Shown here one piece after another: positions 1-9,397 of a stretch of DNA of 26,343 nucleotides. The DNA lies in NCBI GenBank assembly GCA_043826435.1, contig JBDRQF010000014.1:1-26343 (forward strand), in the 5' to 3' direction. The first letter of the stretch is position 1. The number at the start of each line of letters is the position of its first letter. The position numbers were made by a program, and so were the translations under genes. Under the pieces are notes generated by a model, which was given only the letters and a program-made list of their open reading frames with translations, ran no database searches and was not told the DNA's origin. Source of the DNA: Elusimicrobiota bacterium (lineage in GTDB: Bacteria > Elusimicrobiota > Endomicrobiia > CG1-02-37-114 > JAHJSO01).

Positions 1-1269
1 GGATTAAAGGTAAAGGTCTCAAAAATACCGATTCCTGTTCCTTTCGCTGCTGCCTTTGAAGGAGAAAGGGTCAGGAAAGAAGATACCTATGTCCAGTTTG
101 GTGGAAAATATTCTCCTGCTTTTGAATATCTCCGGATGAAAAACATGGACGAGGTTCAGGACGGAAAAATTGAACTAATCGGACCGGACATAGACAAAGT
201 CCAGCCGCAGGAACTTCCGTTCACCATGCCTCTGGGAATTATTGTAGAGGTTGCCGGCAGAAAAATGCAAAAGGACTTTGAGCCAATTCTTGAAAGACAG
301 ATTCATCACTATACAAACTTTGGAATGGGCATATTCCACATGGGACAAAGAGACCAGACCTGGTTAAGGATAAGCAAAGATGCTTTCAAATCCGGTTTCC
401 GTCTGAAACACTTCGGCGAAATACTGCATGCAAAACTACTTGAGGACTATCCCTCACTTGTTGACAAAGTCCAGGTGTTTATATATTCAGACGAGGAACA
501 GGTAAAAAAACTGAGGGCTGAAACACAGAAAGCATTTGAGGAAAGGGACACACGGCTGGCTGGCTTAACAGACGAATCAGTTGACACGTTTTATTCCTGC
601 ACACTGTGTCAGAGTTATGCTCCAAACCATGTGTGCGTAATAACCCCTGAAAAGTTAGGACTCTGCGGGGCTTACAACTGGCTTGACGGAAAAGCCGCTT
701 ATGAAATAAACCCGAAAGGGATGAACCAGCCAATAGCAAAAGGGGAACTACTGGACGCAATTAAAGGGGAATGGAAAGGTGTAAATGAATTTGTATATAT
801 GAAATCCAACAAGGCGGTTGAAAGATTTGCCAACTACGCAATTATGGAATCGCCAACAACATCCTGCGGATGCTTTGAATGTATAGTTGCAGTTCTACCT
901 GAGTGCAACGGAGTAATGATTGTCAACCGTGGCTATACAGGAATGACCCCTGTTGGAATGACATTTACCACACTGGCTGGCGCCGTCGGGGGAGGAAACC
1001 AGACCCCGGGCTTTTTAGGTGTAGGACGGCTCTATTCAGTAAGCAAAAAATTTCTTGTGCCCGAAGGCGGACTCCACAGGATTGTCTGGCTTACAAAAGA
1101 ACTGAAAGAGGCGCTCGGCGAAAAACTCAGGAAAAGAAGTGAGGAAGTCGGTACGCCTGATTTTGTTGAAAAAATCGCCGACGAAACGATTACCTGTGAA
1201 CCGGCGCAATTACTTGAATTCCTGCAGAAGGCCGGGCATCCAGCGGTAAATATGCCCCCGATAATATAA
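1..1269 (+). CDS. acsB: Acetyl-CoA synthase (ACS, CODH/ACS beta subunit), 5'-truncated by the window edge
   Basis: Frame 1 is open from base 1 (GLKVKVSKIPIPVPFAAAFEGERVRK...), so the ORF-track start at 136 is internal. A-cluster ligand motifs CTLCQSYAPNHVC, LGLCGA and TSCGCFEC are present; acsC follows. Confidence 0.97.
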   Translation, partial: GLKVKVSKIPIPVPFAAAFEGERVRKEDTYVQFGGKYSPAFEYLRMKNMDEVQDGKIELIGPDIDKVQPQELPFTMPLGIIVEVAGRKMQKDFEPILERQIHHYTNFGMGIFHMGQRDQTWLRISKDAFKSGFRLKHFGEILHAKLLEDYPSLVDKVQVFIYSDEEQVKKLRAETQKAFEERDTRLAGLTDESVDTFYSCTLCQSYAPNHVCVITPEKLGLCGAYNWLDGKAAYEINPKGMNQPIAKGELLDAIKGEWKGVNEFVYMKSNKAVERFANYAIMESPTTSCGCFECIVAVLPECNGVMIVNRGYTGMTPVGMTFTTLAGAVGGGNQTPGFLGVGRLYSVSKKFLVPEGGLHRIVWLTKELKEALGEKLRKRSEEVGTPDFVEKIADETITCEPAQLLEFLQKAGHPAVNMPPII

Positions 1270-1295
1270 AAATCAAATAAATAGGGAGGAAAACA

Positions 1296-2654
1296 ATGGC
1301 GCTCACAGGACTTGACATTTACAAACTTCTGCCGAAAACAAACTGTAAAAAGTGTGGACTTCCTACTTGCCTCGCGTTTGCAATGGCGCTTGCATCAAAA
1401 AAGACATCTCTTGACAAATGCCCTGATATCACAGAAGTAGCGAAACAATCACTGGAGTCAGCCAGTGAACCACCGATAAGAACAATTAGTGTTGGTTCGG
1501 GAGAAAACAAAATAGAAATCGGCGGGGAAACAGTCCTGTTCAGGCACGAAAAGACATTCTATCATCCCTGCGGTCTGGGGGTATCAATAGCCGACACCCT
1601 GTCCCCTGAAGAACTCTCAAAAAAACTTGACGCATTTAACTCCCTTGTTTTTGACAGGGTCGGGCAGAAGGTTACGGCTGAATTCATCGCCATATCAAAC
1701 GATTCAAAGAACGCGGATAAATTCGCCTCAGTCGTAAGTGAAGTCGTTTCAAAAACGAAAGCCCACCTGATACTGGTAAGCAACGACCCTGCGGCAATTG
1801 AATCCGCCCTGAAAATCGCAAAAGACAGGAATCCGATTATCGGACCTGCGAATCTATCAAATGCGGAACAAATCACATCACTGGCAAAAACATATAATGC
1901 GGCGGTTATGGCGTCGGGGAAAAACATTGATGAAATAGCGCAGGTCTCACAAAAAATATCCGCTACCGGCTACAGGGAAATAGTCATGGATATAACCCCC
2001 GACGACACTGAAAACCTGTCCGGTTTAATTGAAGACCTCACCCAGTTGCGCAGAATGTCAATCAAAAAAAACATACGGACAGTCGGCTATCCCTCCATCG
2101 TTTTTGTAAAAACCGCCCGGACGGACAACCCCCTTGCACTACTTGGAAGCGCCTCCCTGTCCGTTGCAAAATATGCCGGCATAGTAGTCCTGCCTGAACC
2201 GGAACCATCTATGTTCCTGCCAGTGGTAACACTCAGGCAGAACATATATACCGACCCGCAGAAACCAGTAACGGTTGAACCGAAACTCTATAGCATAGGG
2301 GGACAACCAAACGAAAAATCGCCCGTGATGATTACTACCAATTTTTCCCTTACATATTTTACAGTTGAACCGGAAATAATAAACTCAAAAATTCCTGCAT
2401 GGCTGCTGGTGATTGATACAGACGGTCTCTCTGTCCTGACTGCCTGGGCAGCGGAAAAATTCACCGTTGAAAAGGTAGTTGATTCAATGAAAAAAAATAA
2501 TATTGAAGGGATTGTATCGCACAGGAAACTCATTCTACCGGGTTATGTCGCAATAATGAGCGGGAAACTGAATGAACTCTCGGGCTGGGAAGTACTCGTT
2601 GGTCCCCGTGAGGCAAGCGGGATTCCAAAATTCCTGCGGACAATGTGGCAATAA
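1296..2654 (+). CDS. acsC: Corrinoid iron-sulfur protein large (gamma) subunit
   Basis: N-terminal LPKTNCKKCGLPTCLAFA...CP [4Fe-4S] motif, GGETVLFRHEKTF, LRQNIYTDPQKP, TTNFSLTYF, VGPREA; RBS AGGGAGG upstream. Confidence 0.97.
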   Translation: MALTGLDIYKLLPKTNCKKCGLPTCLAFAMALASKKTSLDKCPDITEVAKQSLESASEPPIRTISVGSGENKIEIGGETVLFRHEKTFYHPCGLGVSIADTLSPEELSKKLDAFNSLVFDRVGQKVTAEFIAISNDSKNADKFASVVSEVVSKTKAHLILVSNDPAAIESALKIAKDRNPIIGPANLSNAEQITSLAKTYNAAVMASGKNIDEIAQVSQKISATGYREIVMDITPDDTENLSGLIEDLTQLRRMSIKKNIRTVGYPSIVFVKTARTDNPLALLGSASLSVAKYAGIVVLPEPEPSMFLPVVTLRQNIYTDPQKPVTVEPKLYSIGGQPNEKSPVMITTNFSLTYFTVEPEIINSKIPAWLLVIDTDGLSVLTAWAAEKFTVEKVVDSMKKNNIEGIVSHRKLILPGYVAIMSGKLNELSGWEVLVGPREASGIPKFLRTMWQ

Positions 2655-2740
2655 AAGCAAAACTGAAAAATCTTTTTATCATCAGAAGGTTAAAAATAGT
2701 TTTGTGACGGGCGCTTATAGAAAAAATAAAGGAGGCCAGA

Positions 2741-3079
2741 ATGAGTATCTATGTAGGCAATTTAGCACGCGAAGTTACCGAAGATGATCTGCGGCAAGCA
2801 TTTGCATCATTCGGACAGGTTACATCCGCCAGAATCATCACGGACAAGCTCAGTGGTGAACGGAGAGGATTTGGATTTGTGGAGATGTCGGCTAAGGCCG
2901 AAGCAGATGCTGCCATCGCAGGTCTGAACGGCAAGGATTTGAAGGGACAAACACTTACTGTTAATGAGGCTCGTCCTCGCTCCGAAAGCCATAGAGGTGG
3001 AGGGAGTAGAGGTGGAGGAAGTAGGGGGGGAGGAAGTAGAGAGGGTGGAAGTAGCGGGGGTGGACGGCGGTCCTGGTAA
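2741..3079 (+). CDS. RRM-domain RNA-binding protein with Gly/Arg-rich tail
   Basis: RNP2 IYVGNL, RNP1 RGFGFVEM, LTVNEARPR, then (R/S)GGGS repeats; RBS AAGGAGG. Confidence 0.95.
   Translation: MSIYVGNLAREVTEDDLRQAFASFGQVTSARIITDKLSGERRGFGFVEMSAKAEADAAIAGLNGKDLKGQTLTVNEARPRSESHRGGGSRGGGSRGGGSREGGSSGGGRRSW
2993..3067 (+). repeat. Five imperfect 15-nt tandem repeats encoding the RGGGS-type tail
   Basis: agaggtggagggagt / agaggtggaggaagt / agggggggaggaagt / agagagggtggaagt / agcgggggtggacgg. Confidence 0.85.
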
Positions 3080-3110
3080 GTGGCCATCAAACATAACAGA
3101 TTCATAATGA

Positions 3111-3150
3111 AACTTCGCCTATACCTCCAATTTGGAGCATAGACGAGGTT
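3111..3150 (+). terminator. Stem-loop downstream of the RRM gene (terminator or stabiliser-like)
   Basis: aacttcgcctat pairs with atagacgaggtt (one mismatch, one G-U) around an inner ctcca-att-tggag stem. There is no U-tract, so terminator function is uncertain. Confidence 0.4.
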
Positions 3151-3217
3151 GGTTCGGATACAAACGAGCTAGGCGAAATGCCGTGTTTAATAAAACAAAT
3201 TAAGTAAGAGGTTAAAA

Positions 3218-4003
3218 ATGGACTCTCCGGGCAAAAAGCAGAAAGTCATAACAGAAATATTTAAAGTTTGTAAAGAAAAGAATAACTTTGTATTCCATAA
3301 TGATTTAGTAAAAAGAGTAAGCAAGAAGTATAAATTTGGAAATCCTTTTGATGCTACAAAACTCGATACAATAGATAAATTTCCTAAAATATTGATTAAA
3401 AACGACTACTTTATTCTTCATCAAGGTAAAGGAAACCATAAATTTATTAAAGGTATTGAAAAAGCATTTCATAAATTTGAAAAAATTTCGGCAGGGGCCG
3501 TCATTAATAAAGAATATAAAAAAAGTATTTTGAATGAACATGACACCAGTGAATCAAATATGCTTTCTGTTGGAAGTAATTTAAAAATATTTCATCAGTT
3601 TTTATATGGAAGTGATGAAGTAATACCAAAAATTTATTTTCCAAGGAGAACAAAAACAAGTTTTGAATATTATTTTGATAAAGAAAAGGTAGTAATGGAT
3701 AATATTCAAATGGAAATTGATTTAACAATGGAATATAATGGTATGGTTACAGTATTTGAAGGTAAAAATGGTTTACCAGAAAACTTTGCCGTATATCAAT
3801 TATTTCATCCCTTTAAATATTTCTCCAATATAAAAAATAAAAATAAATTACCAATAAAACAGATAACTGCCTGTTATGTTTTACGATATAGAGAAAATAA
3901 CAATTCTCATATTCGGCTTTATAATTATACTTTTGAAGATGAAAATAATATCTGTTCAATCAAATTGTTAAAAAATGCTCAATATAACTTAAAAGGAAAA
4001 TGA
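3218..4003 (+). CDS. Putative type II restriction endonuclease, PD-(D/E)xK-like (resembles DUF6996/DUF6997-type proteins)
   Basis: QMEIDL...VFEGKN nuclease-like motif followed by YQLFHPFKYF; AT-rich; 4 nt upstream of a DNA methyltransferase. Confidence 0.65.
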   Translation: MDSPGKKQKVITEIFKVCKEKNNFVFHNDLVKRVSKKYKFGNPFDATKLDTIDKFPKILIKNDYFILHQGKGNHKFIKGIEKAFHKFEKISAGAVINKEYKKSILNEHDTSESNMLSVGSNLKIFHQFLYGSDEVIPKIYFPRRTKTSFEYYFDKEKVVMDNIQMEIDLTMEYNGMVTVFEGKNGLPENFAVYQLFHPFKYFSNIKNKNKLPIKQITACYVLRYRENNNSHIRLYNYTFEDENNICSIKLLKNAQYNLKGK

Positions 4004-4007
4004 TAAA

Positions 4008-4892
4008 ATGAATAATAATTCAAACATAACAAAATATTTAAATCAAATATTTTTAAAAGACATAATAGGGGTTATGAAAGAATTACCAGATAAAAGTGTC
4101 GATATGGTATATGGGGACCCTGATTATAATGTTGGAATAAAATACGGGGATACTTCATACACAAAAACTTTTGATGAATATATGAACTGGTATATAGGAT
4201 TAGTAAGAGAATCTTTAAGGGTTTTAAAAAATACTGGAAACATATTTTTGATAAACTATCCAAAACAGAATGCCTATCTTAGAGTTAAATATTTAGATAA
4301 TACCTGTTATGAAGTTTCCGATTATGTATGGGTATATAATACTAATGTGGGACACAGTCCTAATAGATTTACGACCGCACATAGAAGTATTTTACATTGC
4401 CGTAAAACAAAAGATAACAATTTTTATAAAGAAAATGTAGCAGTACCATACCAAAATCCAACCGACAAAAGAATATTAGGAAATATGGTAAATGGATCAA
4501 AAGGAAGAATGCCTTATGACTGGTTTTATTTTAATTTAGTAAAAAATGTAAGCAAAGAAAAGACATTTCATTCTTGCCAAATACCTCAAAAACTTTCTGA
4601 AATGTTAATAAAAAGTTGTACTATGGAAGGCGATATAGTTTTGATTCTTTTTGGTGGTAGCGGTTCAGAGATTGAAGTATGCCGGACATTAAAAAGAAAA
4701 TATATTTCTGCAGAAATTGATGAAAAATATCATAAGATGATACTGGATAGATTGAATAAGGGCAAGATAGAAGAAAAATATAAATTAAAAATAAGAAATT
4801 ATGATACCCAAAATATATCAACACAACTTACACTTTTAGAGGAACATGGAATTTATTTAACAAAACAAAAAAAGGCACGGCACAGTGTATAA
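4008..4892 (+). CDS. Site-specific N4-cytosine/N6-adenine DNA methyltransferase, beta class
   Basis: Catalytic motif IV variant near the N-terminus (VDMVYGDPDYN), HSCQIP, then motif I variant GDIVLILFGGSGS and YISAEID; this order defines the beta class. Confidence 0.9.
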   Translation: MNNNSNITKYLNQIFLKDIIGVMKELPDKSVDMVYGDPDYNVGIKYGDTSYTKTFDEYMNWYIGLVRESLRVLKNTGNIFLINYPKQNAYLRVKYLDNTCYEVSDYVWVYNTNVGHSPNRFTTAHRSILHCRKTKDNNFYKENVAVPYQNPTDKRILGNMVNGSKGRMPYDWFYFNLVKNVSKEKTFHSCQIPQKLSEMLIKSCTMEGDIVLILFGGSGSEIEVCRTLKRKYISAEIDEKYHKMILDRLNKGKIEEKYKLKIRNYDTQNISTQLTLLEEHGIYLTKQKKARHSV

Positions 4893-4957
4893 CTATGCAT
4901 TTCTGCAGACTTCCTTTGGAAGTCGCCCAGCAGACCGGTCTTTACTAGATACATACA

Positions 4958-6985
4958 ATGGGACATCAACTTAAAATTATTCCCGACGACATTCAGATTG
5001 ATGTTGAAGACAACACCGACCTTTTGTCCGCTCTACTGAAAGCGGGTATCCCGCTGCGTTCAACCTGTGCCGGTAATGGTACCTGCGGTACCTGCAGGGT
5101 GGTTGTGAAATCAGGCGATTACTTTGCCAAACCATCGCCGTGGATATCTCCCGAGCAAAAAAAACAGGGATGTGTCCTCGCCTGCCAGACGGCAGTCCTC
5201 GGCGACCTTACGGTTGAAATTCCGGCGGAATCAAAACTTGAAGAGATAAAAGCAGTGGGACAGGAAATTTATACCCCCGTTGAAAATGTCCAGCAGTCAC
5301 CCGACAGACCCGAAGAAAGCATATTCTCCTGTCAGCCGCTCGCATACAAGATTCATTTAACCCTGCCAAACCCAACCCTGAAAGACAATATCGCCGACTT
5401 TGAACGGTTAAAAAGGGGAATAATCTCAAAAACAAAAATCTCCAATATCCAGATTGACCTGCCGTTCCTGAAGAGTTTGTCGCAGTTTGTCAGACAGATA
5501 AACTGGGATATGACTGTTACTCTCGTTGAAAACGACTCCGCACATGAAATAATACAGATAGAGCCGGGGAACACCGAAAAAAACGCCTACGGCATAGCCC
5601 TTGATATTGGCACAACCACTGTTGTTGCGTATCTTGTGAACCTGTCAGAGTGCAAAGTGGTATCTGCAAAGGCATCCTACAACAGGCAGATGTCTTTCGG
5701 CGACGATGTAATATCAAGAATAATTTACGCGGAACAGAAAGAGGGTCTGAAAAAACTTAACAGGACAATCTGTGAAACGATAAACGATTTAATATCCGCA
5801 CTTATATCGGAAAACAAACTCACCAGGAATGACATCCTTGCTATCCAGTGTGCGGGGAATACTACAATGATACATCTATTTTTAGGGATATCCCCGGAAT
5901 TCATAAGAAAAGAGCCGTATATCCCGGCAGTCAATTATCCGCCTCCGATTAAAGCGGCTGAAATCGGGCTCAAAATAAATCCCAAAGGTATTGTGTCATG
6001 TGTGCACGGCGTTTCCTCATACATAGGCGGCGACATAACAGCGGGGGTGCTTGCCTGCGGGATGCACAACTTCTCCACCGTCTCACTCCTTATTGACCTC
6101 GGCACAAACGGAGAGATTGTACTCGGCAATAAGGACTGGCTTGTGGCGGCTGCATGCTCCGCTGGCCCGGCATTTGAAGGTGTAGGGATAAAATCAGGTA
6201 TCCGGGCGGTTGAAGGAGCGATACAGGGTATATCCATAATAGACGATAAAACATCCGTAGCCCCACAGGGCGGGCCGGCTGGCGAATCATCCGGCAAATC
6301 GGTAAAAATCAAATACACAACCATAGGAGATAAAAAACCAAAAGGAATCTGTGGGTCAGGCCTCATTGATATACCGGGAGAGTTATTAAAAAACGGCATT
6401 ATAGACCGCTCGGGCAGGTTTGTGCGGACAGAACATGGGGACCCCCAGAAACATGCATCCCCTGCATCCCCGGGGATTCAACAACTTATAAGAACCAACC
6501 TGAGAAAAAACAATGATGATGATTTTGAGTTCGTAATCGTCCCTGCGGACGAAACTTCAAACAAAAAGGATGTAGTCCTCACAGAGTCGGACATTGCAAA
6601 CATCATCCGTTCAAAAGGGGCGATTTTCCTCGGAATACAGGTACTGCTTGAAGAAATGGGACTGGGGCTTGAAAACATAAACCATGTTTTCGTTTCAGGC
6701 GGGTTCGGGACATATCTGGACGTGGAAAAGTCGGTACTGATAGGCCTCCTGCCCGACATACCGAGAGAAAAATTCAGTTTTATCGGCAATTCCTCAATCA
6801 CAGGCGCCAAGATGTGTATTCTTTCAAAAGAGGCGCGCCAGAAAGCGATTGAAATCGCAAACGAAATGACCTACATTGAACTATCCGTGAACACAAAGTT
6901 TATGAACGAGTTCACGTCCGCCCTGTTCCTGCCCCATACTGACATCAACCTGTTCCCGACTGTGAAAAAGAGGTTAAAACTATGA
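4958..6985 (+). CDS. acsV: Reductive activator of corrinoid proteins (RACo/AcsV; 2Fe-2S plus ASKHA ATPase, DUF4445-type)
   Basis: N-terminal CAGNGTCGTC...LACQT ferredoxin; ASKHA motifs DIGTTTV, IDLGTNGE, CSAGPAFEG, GICGSG, SGGFG; C-terminal SALFLPHTD; lies in an acs cluster. Confidence 0.93.
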   Translation: MGHQLKIIPDDIQIDVEDNTDLLSALLKAGIPLRSTCAGNGTCGTCRVVVKSGDYFAKPSPWISPEQKKQGCVLACQTAVLGDLTVEIPAESKLEEIKAVGQEIYTPVENVQQSPDRPEESIFSCQPLAYKIHLTLPNPTLKDNIADFERLKRGIISKTKISNIQIDLPFLKSLSQFVRQINWDMTVTLVENDSAHEIIQIEPGNTEKNAYGIALDIGTTTVVAYLVNLSECKVVSAKASYNRQMSFGDDVISRIIYAEQKEGLKKLNRTICETINDLISALISENKLTRNDILAIQCAGNTTMIHLFLGISPEFIRKEPYIPAVNYPPPIKAAEIGLKINPKGIVSCVHGVSSYIGGDITAGVLACGMHNFSTVSLLIDLGTNGEIVLGNKDWLVAAACSAGPAFEGVGIKSGIRAVEGAIQGISIIDDKTSVAPQGGPAGESSGKSVKIKYTTIGDKKPKGICGSGLIDIPGELLKNGIIDRSGRFVRTEHGDPQKHASPASPGIQQLIRTNLRKNNDDDFEFVIVPADETSNKKDVVLTESDIANIIRSKGAIFLGIQVLLEEMGLGLENINHVFVSGGFGTYLDVEKSVLIGLLPDIPREKFSFIGNSSITGAKMCILSKEARQKAIEIANEMTYIELSVNTKFMNEFTSALFLPHTDINLFPTVKKRLKL

Positions 6986-7001
6986 AAAGAGATGACGGCA
7001 A

Positions 7002-7748
7002 ATGAAAATAGCGGTTGCAGGAAAAGGCGGAACGGGCAAAACGACGTTCTGCGGTTTGTTGATAAGGGAACTTGTTGCCTCCGGAAAAACTCCGGTGCTT
7101 GCGGTTGACGCAGACCCCAATTCAACATTAGGGGAAACACTGGGCATAGAATACGCCGCAACCATCTCCGACTGCAGGGAGGAAATCAGGCAGGAGAAAT
7201 CAATCCCGCCGGGCATGGCGAAGAGCGATTACATTGAAATGCGGCTGAACGAAATCCTCGTTGAGAGCAGAGGGGTTGACCTGCTCGTGATGGGAATGCC
7301 CGAGGGGAGACGCTGCTACTGTTATGTGAATGAAATCCTCAGGACGTACCTGTCAAGGATAAGCAAAAGTTATGCCCACGTCATCATGGACAATGAGGCC
7401 GGGATGGAACATCTGTCCCGGCGGACAACGGACGACGTTGACGTCCTTTTCATAGTGAGCGAACCGACAGCGGTAAGCATCCGCTCCGCATCAAGGGTCG
7501 TGCAGGCGTCGGTTGGCATCGGGCTGAACATCAAAAAGACGTATCTCGTGCTGAACAAGTCAAGAAAACCCGTGCAGGACAGGGAAAAATTCAGGTTACA
7601 GGGTGAAAATATTGAAACAGTCGCCGCCATACCCTATGATGAAATACTCATCAAAAATAGCGAAAACGGAGAAACGATATTTAAAATCCCGCAGGACGCC
7701 ACCTGCGTACCTGAAATTAAAAATATCATTGAGAAGTTAAAAATATAA
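7002..7748 (+). CDS. cooC: CODH/ACS nickel-insertion ATPase (CooC/AcsF family)
   Basis: Deviant Walker A GKGGTGKTT, VDADPN, Ni-binding CYC, DNEAGMEHLSRRT. Confidence 0.93.
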   Translation: MKIAVAGKGGTGKTTFCGLLIRELVASGKTPVLAVDADPNSTLGETLGIEYAATISDCREEIRQEKSIPPGMAKSDYIEMRLNEILVESRGVDLLVMGMPEGRRCYCYVNEILRTYLSRISKSYAHVIMDNEAGMEHLSRRTTDDVDVLFIVSEPTAVSIRSASRVVQASVGIGLNIKKTYLVLNKSRKPVQDREKFRLQGENIETVAAIPYDEILIKNSENGETIFKIPQDATCVPEIKNIIEKLKI

Positions 7749-7783
7749 GAGGGACACTGCGTTAAGAATAATGAATTGCCGTG

Positions 7784-7813
7784 TTGACAAAACCAACAAA
7801 AAAATGTTAATAT
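7784..7813 (+). promoter_or_regulatory. Sigma70-type promoter for trpB2
   Basis: TTGACA (7784-7789), 18-nt spacer, TAATAT (7808-7813) with extended TGn, in an AT-rich intergenic region. Confidence 0.55.
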
Positions 7814-7968
7814 ATACTCTGTCGGCACGGAAAAAGTGACAGAATAAAAAAACCCTTAAAAAGGCGAAAGTAAACAACCAACTTGAGTGTTTTATTAAGG
7901 TGATGGCTAACTTAAAAAATAAGGTTGTTAAGACATTATTAGGATAACGTACGGAAAGGAGAAAAAAC

Positions 7969-9312
7969 ATGGATACCAAAGTAATTCTTTCTGAAAAAGA
8001 AATGCCGCAGAAATGGTACAATGTCGCTCCCGATTTACCGGAGCAACTGCCTCCTCCGCTGCATCCGGCTACAGGCAAACCAATAGGACCCCAGGACCTG
8101 TCGCCCATCTTCCCGATGGAACTGATAAAACAGGAAGTGAGTCAGGAAAGATGGATAGAAATACCTGATGAAATCCTTGAGATTCTCAAGATATGGAGGC
8201 CCTCCCCGCTCCAAAGGGCGTACCGTCTTGAAAAGGAACTAAAAACATCATGCCGTATTTATTTTAAGAACGAGAGTTTGTCCCCTGCCGGCAGCCACAA
8301 ACCAAACACGGCAGTCGCACAGGCATATTACAACAAAAAAGAAGGTGTCCAACGACTCTGCACAGAGACAGGTGCTGGGCAGTGGGGCTCTGCACTGTCA
8401 TTCGCCTGCAAACTCCTCGGGATGCAATGCACCGTGTATATGGTAAAGGTAAGTTATGAACAAAAGCCATACAGGAAACTCCTCATGCAGACATGGGGTG
8501 CCGATGTTTTCGCATCACCGACTAACAAAACGAATGCCGGTAAAAAGATTCTGGCGGATGATCCGAACTCGCCCGGCTCGTTAGGGATTGCAATTTCAGA
8601 GGCGGTTGAAGACGCAGCGACACACGACGATGCAAAATACTCTCTCGGCAGCGTGCTGAACCACGTCCTCCTCCACCAGACAATCGTCGGGCTTGAAACA
8701 AAAAAACAACTGGAACTCATCGGAGAAAAACCTGACATCCTTATAGGTTGCGTGGGTGGCGGCAGTAACTTCGCCGGATTTGCCTTCCCGTTTATTCCCG
8801 ACAAAAAAAATGGGAAAGACATAAGGATGATAGCGGTTGAACCGACTGCATGCCCTACACTCACCAAGGGAATATACACCTATGACTTCGGCGACGCGGT
8901 CGGCCTGACGCCCCTCGTAAAGATGTACACACTGGGGCACACTTTTGTGCCGCCGGGGATTCACGCAGGTGGGCTACGGTATCACGGCGCAGCACCCTTG
9001 TTATGTCTGCTCGTTAAGAATAAGATGATTGAGGCACAGGCATTTTCGCAGAATCCGGCCTTTGAGGCGGCCATGACGTTTGCGCAAACGGAAGGGTTGG
9101 TACCTGCCCCTGAGACGTCACATGCGATAAAATGCGTCATTGAAGAAGCAAAGAAGAACAAAAACAAGTGTATAGTGTTCAACTACAGCGGCCATGGATT
9201 CTTTGACCTATCTGCTTATGAGTCCTACCTCTCAGGGAAACTGGAGGACTTTGCATACCCGGAGGAAAAAGTCAAAGAAGCGATCAAGTCAATCCCAAAG
9301 ATAGCGGGGTAA
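7969..9312 (+). CDS. trpB2: TrpB2-type tryptophan synthase beta-like PLP enzyme (stand-alone)
   Basis: PQKWYNV...LP...PPPLHP N-terminus, [11 protein letters not shown] (PLP lysine), [28 protein letters not shown]; no trpA nearby; RBS AAGGAG. Confidence 0.93.
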   Translation: MDTKVILSEKEMPQKWYNVAPDLPEQLPPPLHPATGKPIGPQDLSPIFPMELIKQEVSQERWIEIPDEILEILKIWRPSPLQRAYRLEKELKTSCRIYFKNESLSPAGSHKPNTAVAQAYYNKKEGVQRLCTETGAGQWGSALSFACKLLGMQCTVYMVKVSYEQKPYRKLLMQTWGADVFASPTNKTNAGKKILADDPNSPGSLGIAISEAVEDAATHDDAKYSLGSVLNHVLLHQTIVGLETKKQLELIGEKPDILIGCVGGGSNFAGFAFPFIPDKKNGKDIRMIAVEPTACPTLTKGIYTYDFGDAVGLTPLVKMYTLGHTFVPPGIHAGGLRYHGAAPLLCLLVKNKMIEAQAFSQNPAFEAAMTFAQTEGLVPAPETSHAIKCVIEEAKKNKNKCIVFNYSGHGFFDLSAYESYLSGKLEDFAYPEEKVKEAIKSIPKIAG

Positions 9313-9397
9313 TGAGACGACCGACCTGTCGCCAGACAGGACTAAAGTTGTGCTTTAAATATATGTCAGATAATTAGGAAAAGGATTAACGTAAAAA

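Larger units (their letters stand above)
3168..4924 (+). mobile_element. Decayed integron-cassette-like unit carrying an R-M pair
   Basis: AT-rich block beginning with GCTAGGC (GTTRRRY-like) and ending with the MTase stop inside GTATAAC (RYYYAAC-like). 3168-3185 and 4876-4893 form an imperfect 18-nt inverted repeat. Hairpin gacttcc-ttt-ggaagtc at 4908-4924. Confidence 0.45.

Noticed and set aside
136..1269. A short stand-alone 377-aa ACS lacking its N-terminal domain
   Set aside because: The frame is open and ACS-like back to base 1, so the truncation is a window-edge artefact.
2993..3067. Short repeats as a CRISPR array or contingency locus
   Set aside because: They are in-frame 15-nt coding repeats without spacers, the normal Gly-rich tail of RRM proteins. 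No CRISPR array was seen anywhere in the window.
7814..7968. T-box or Trp attenuator in the trpB2 leader
   Set aside because: No T-box consensus, no Trp-rich leader peptide and no terminator/antiterminator pair is visible.
7969..9312. TrpB-like protein as a cysteate synthase feeding a sulfonolipid pathway
   Set aside because: It has all TrpB2 signature motifs and lies 7 kb from the lipid genes.
9341..9360. GTTGTGC upstream of the TaqI-like MTase as an integron core site
   Set aside because: No complementary GCACAAC or attC hairpin is found after the REase gene, so cassette origin is unsupported for this pair.
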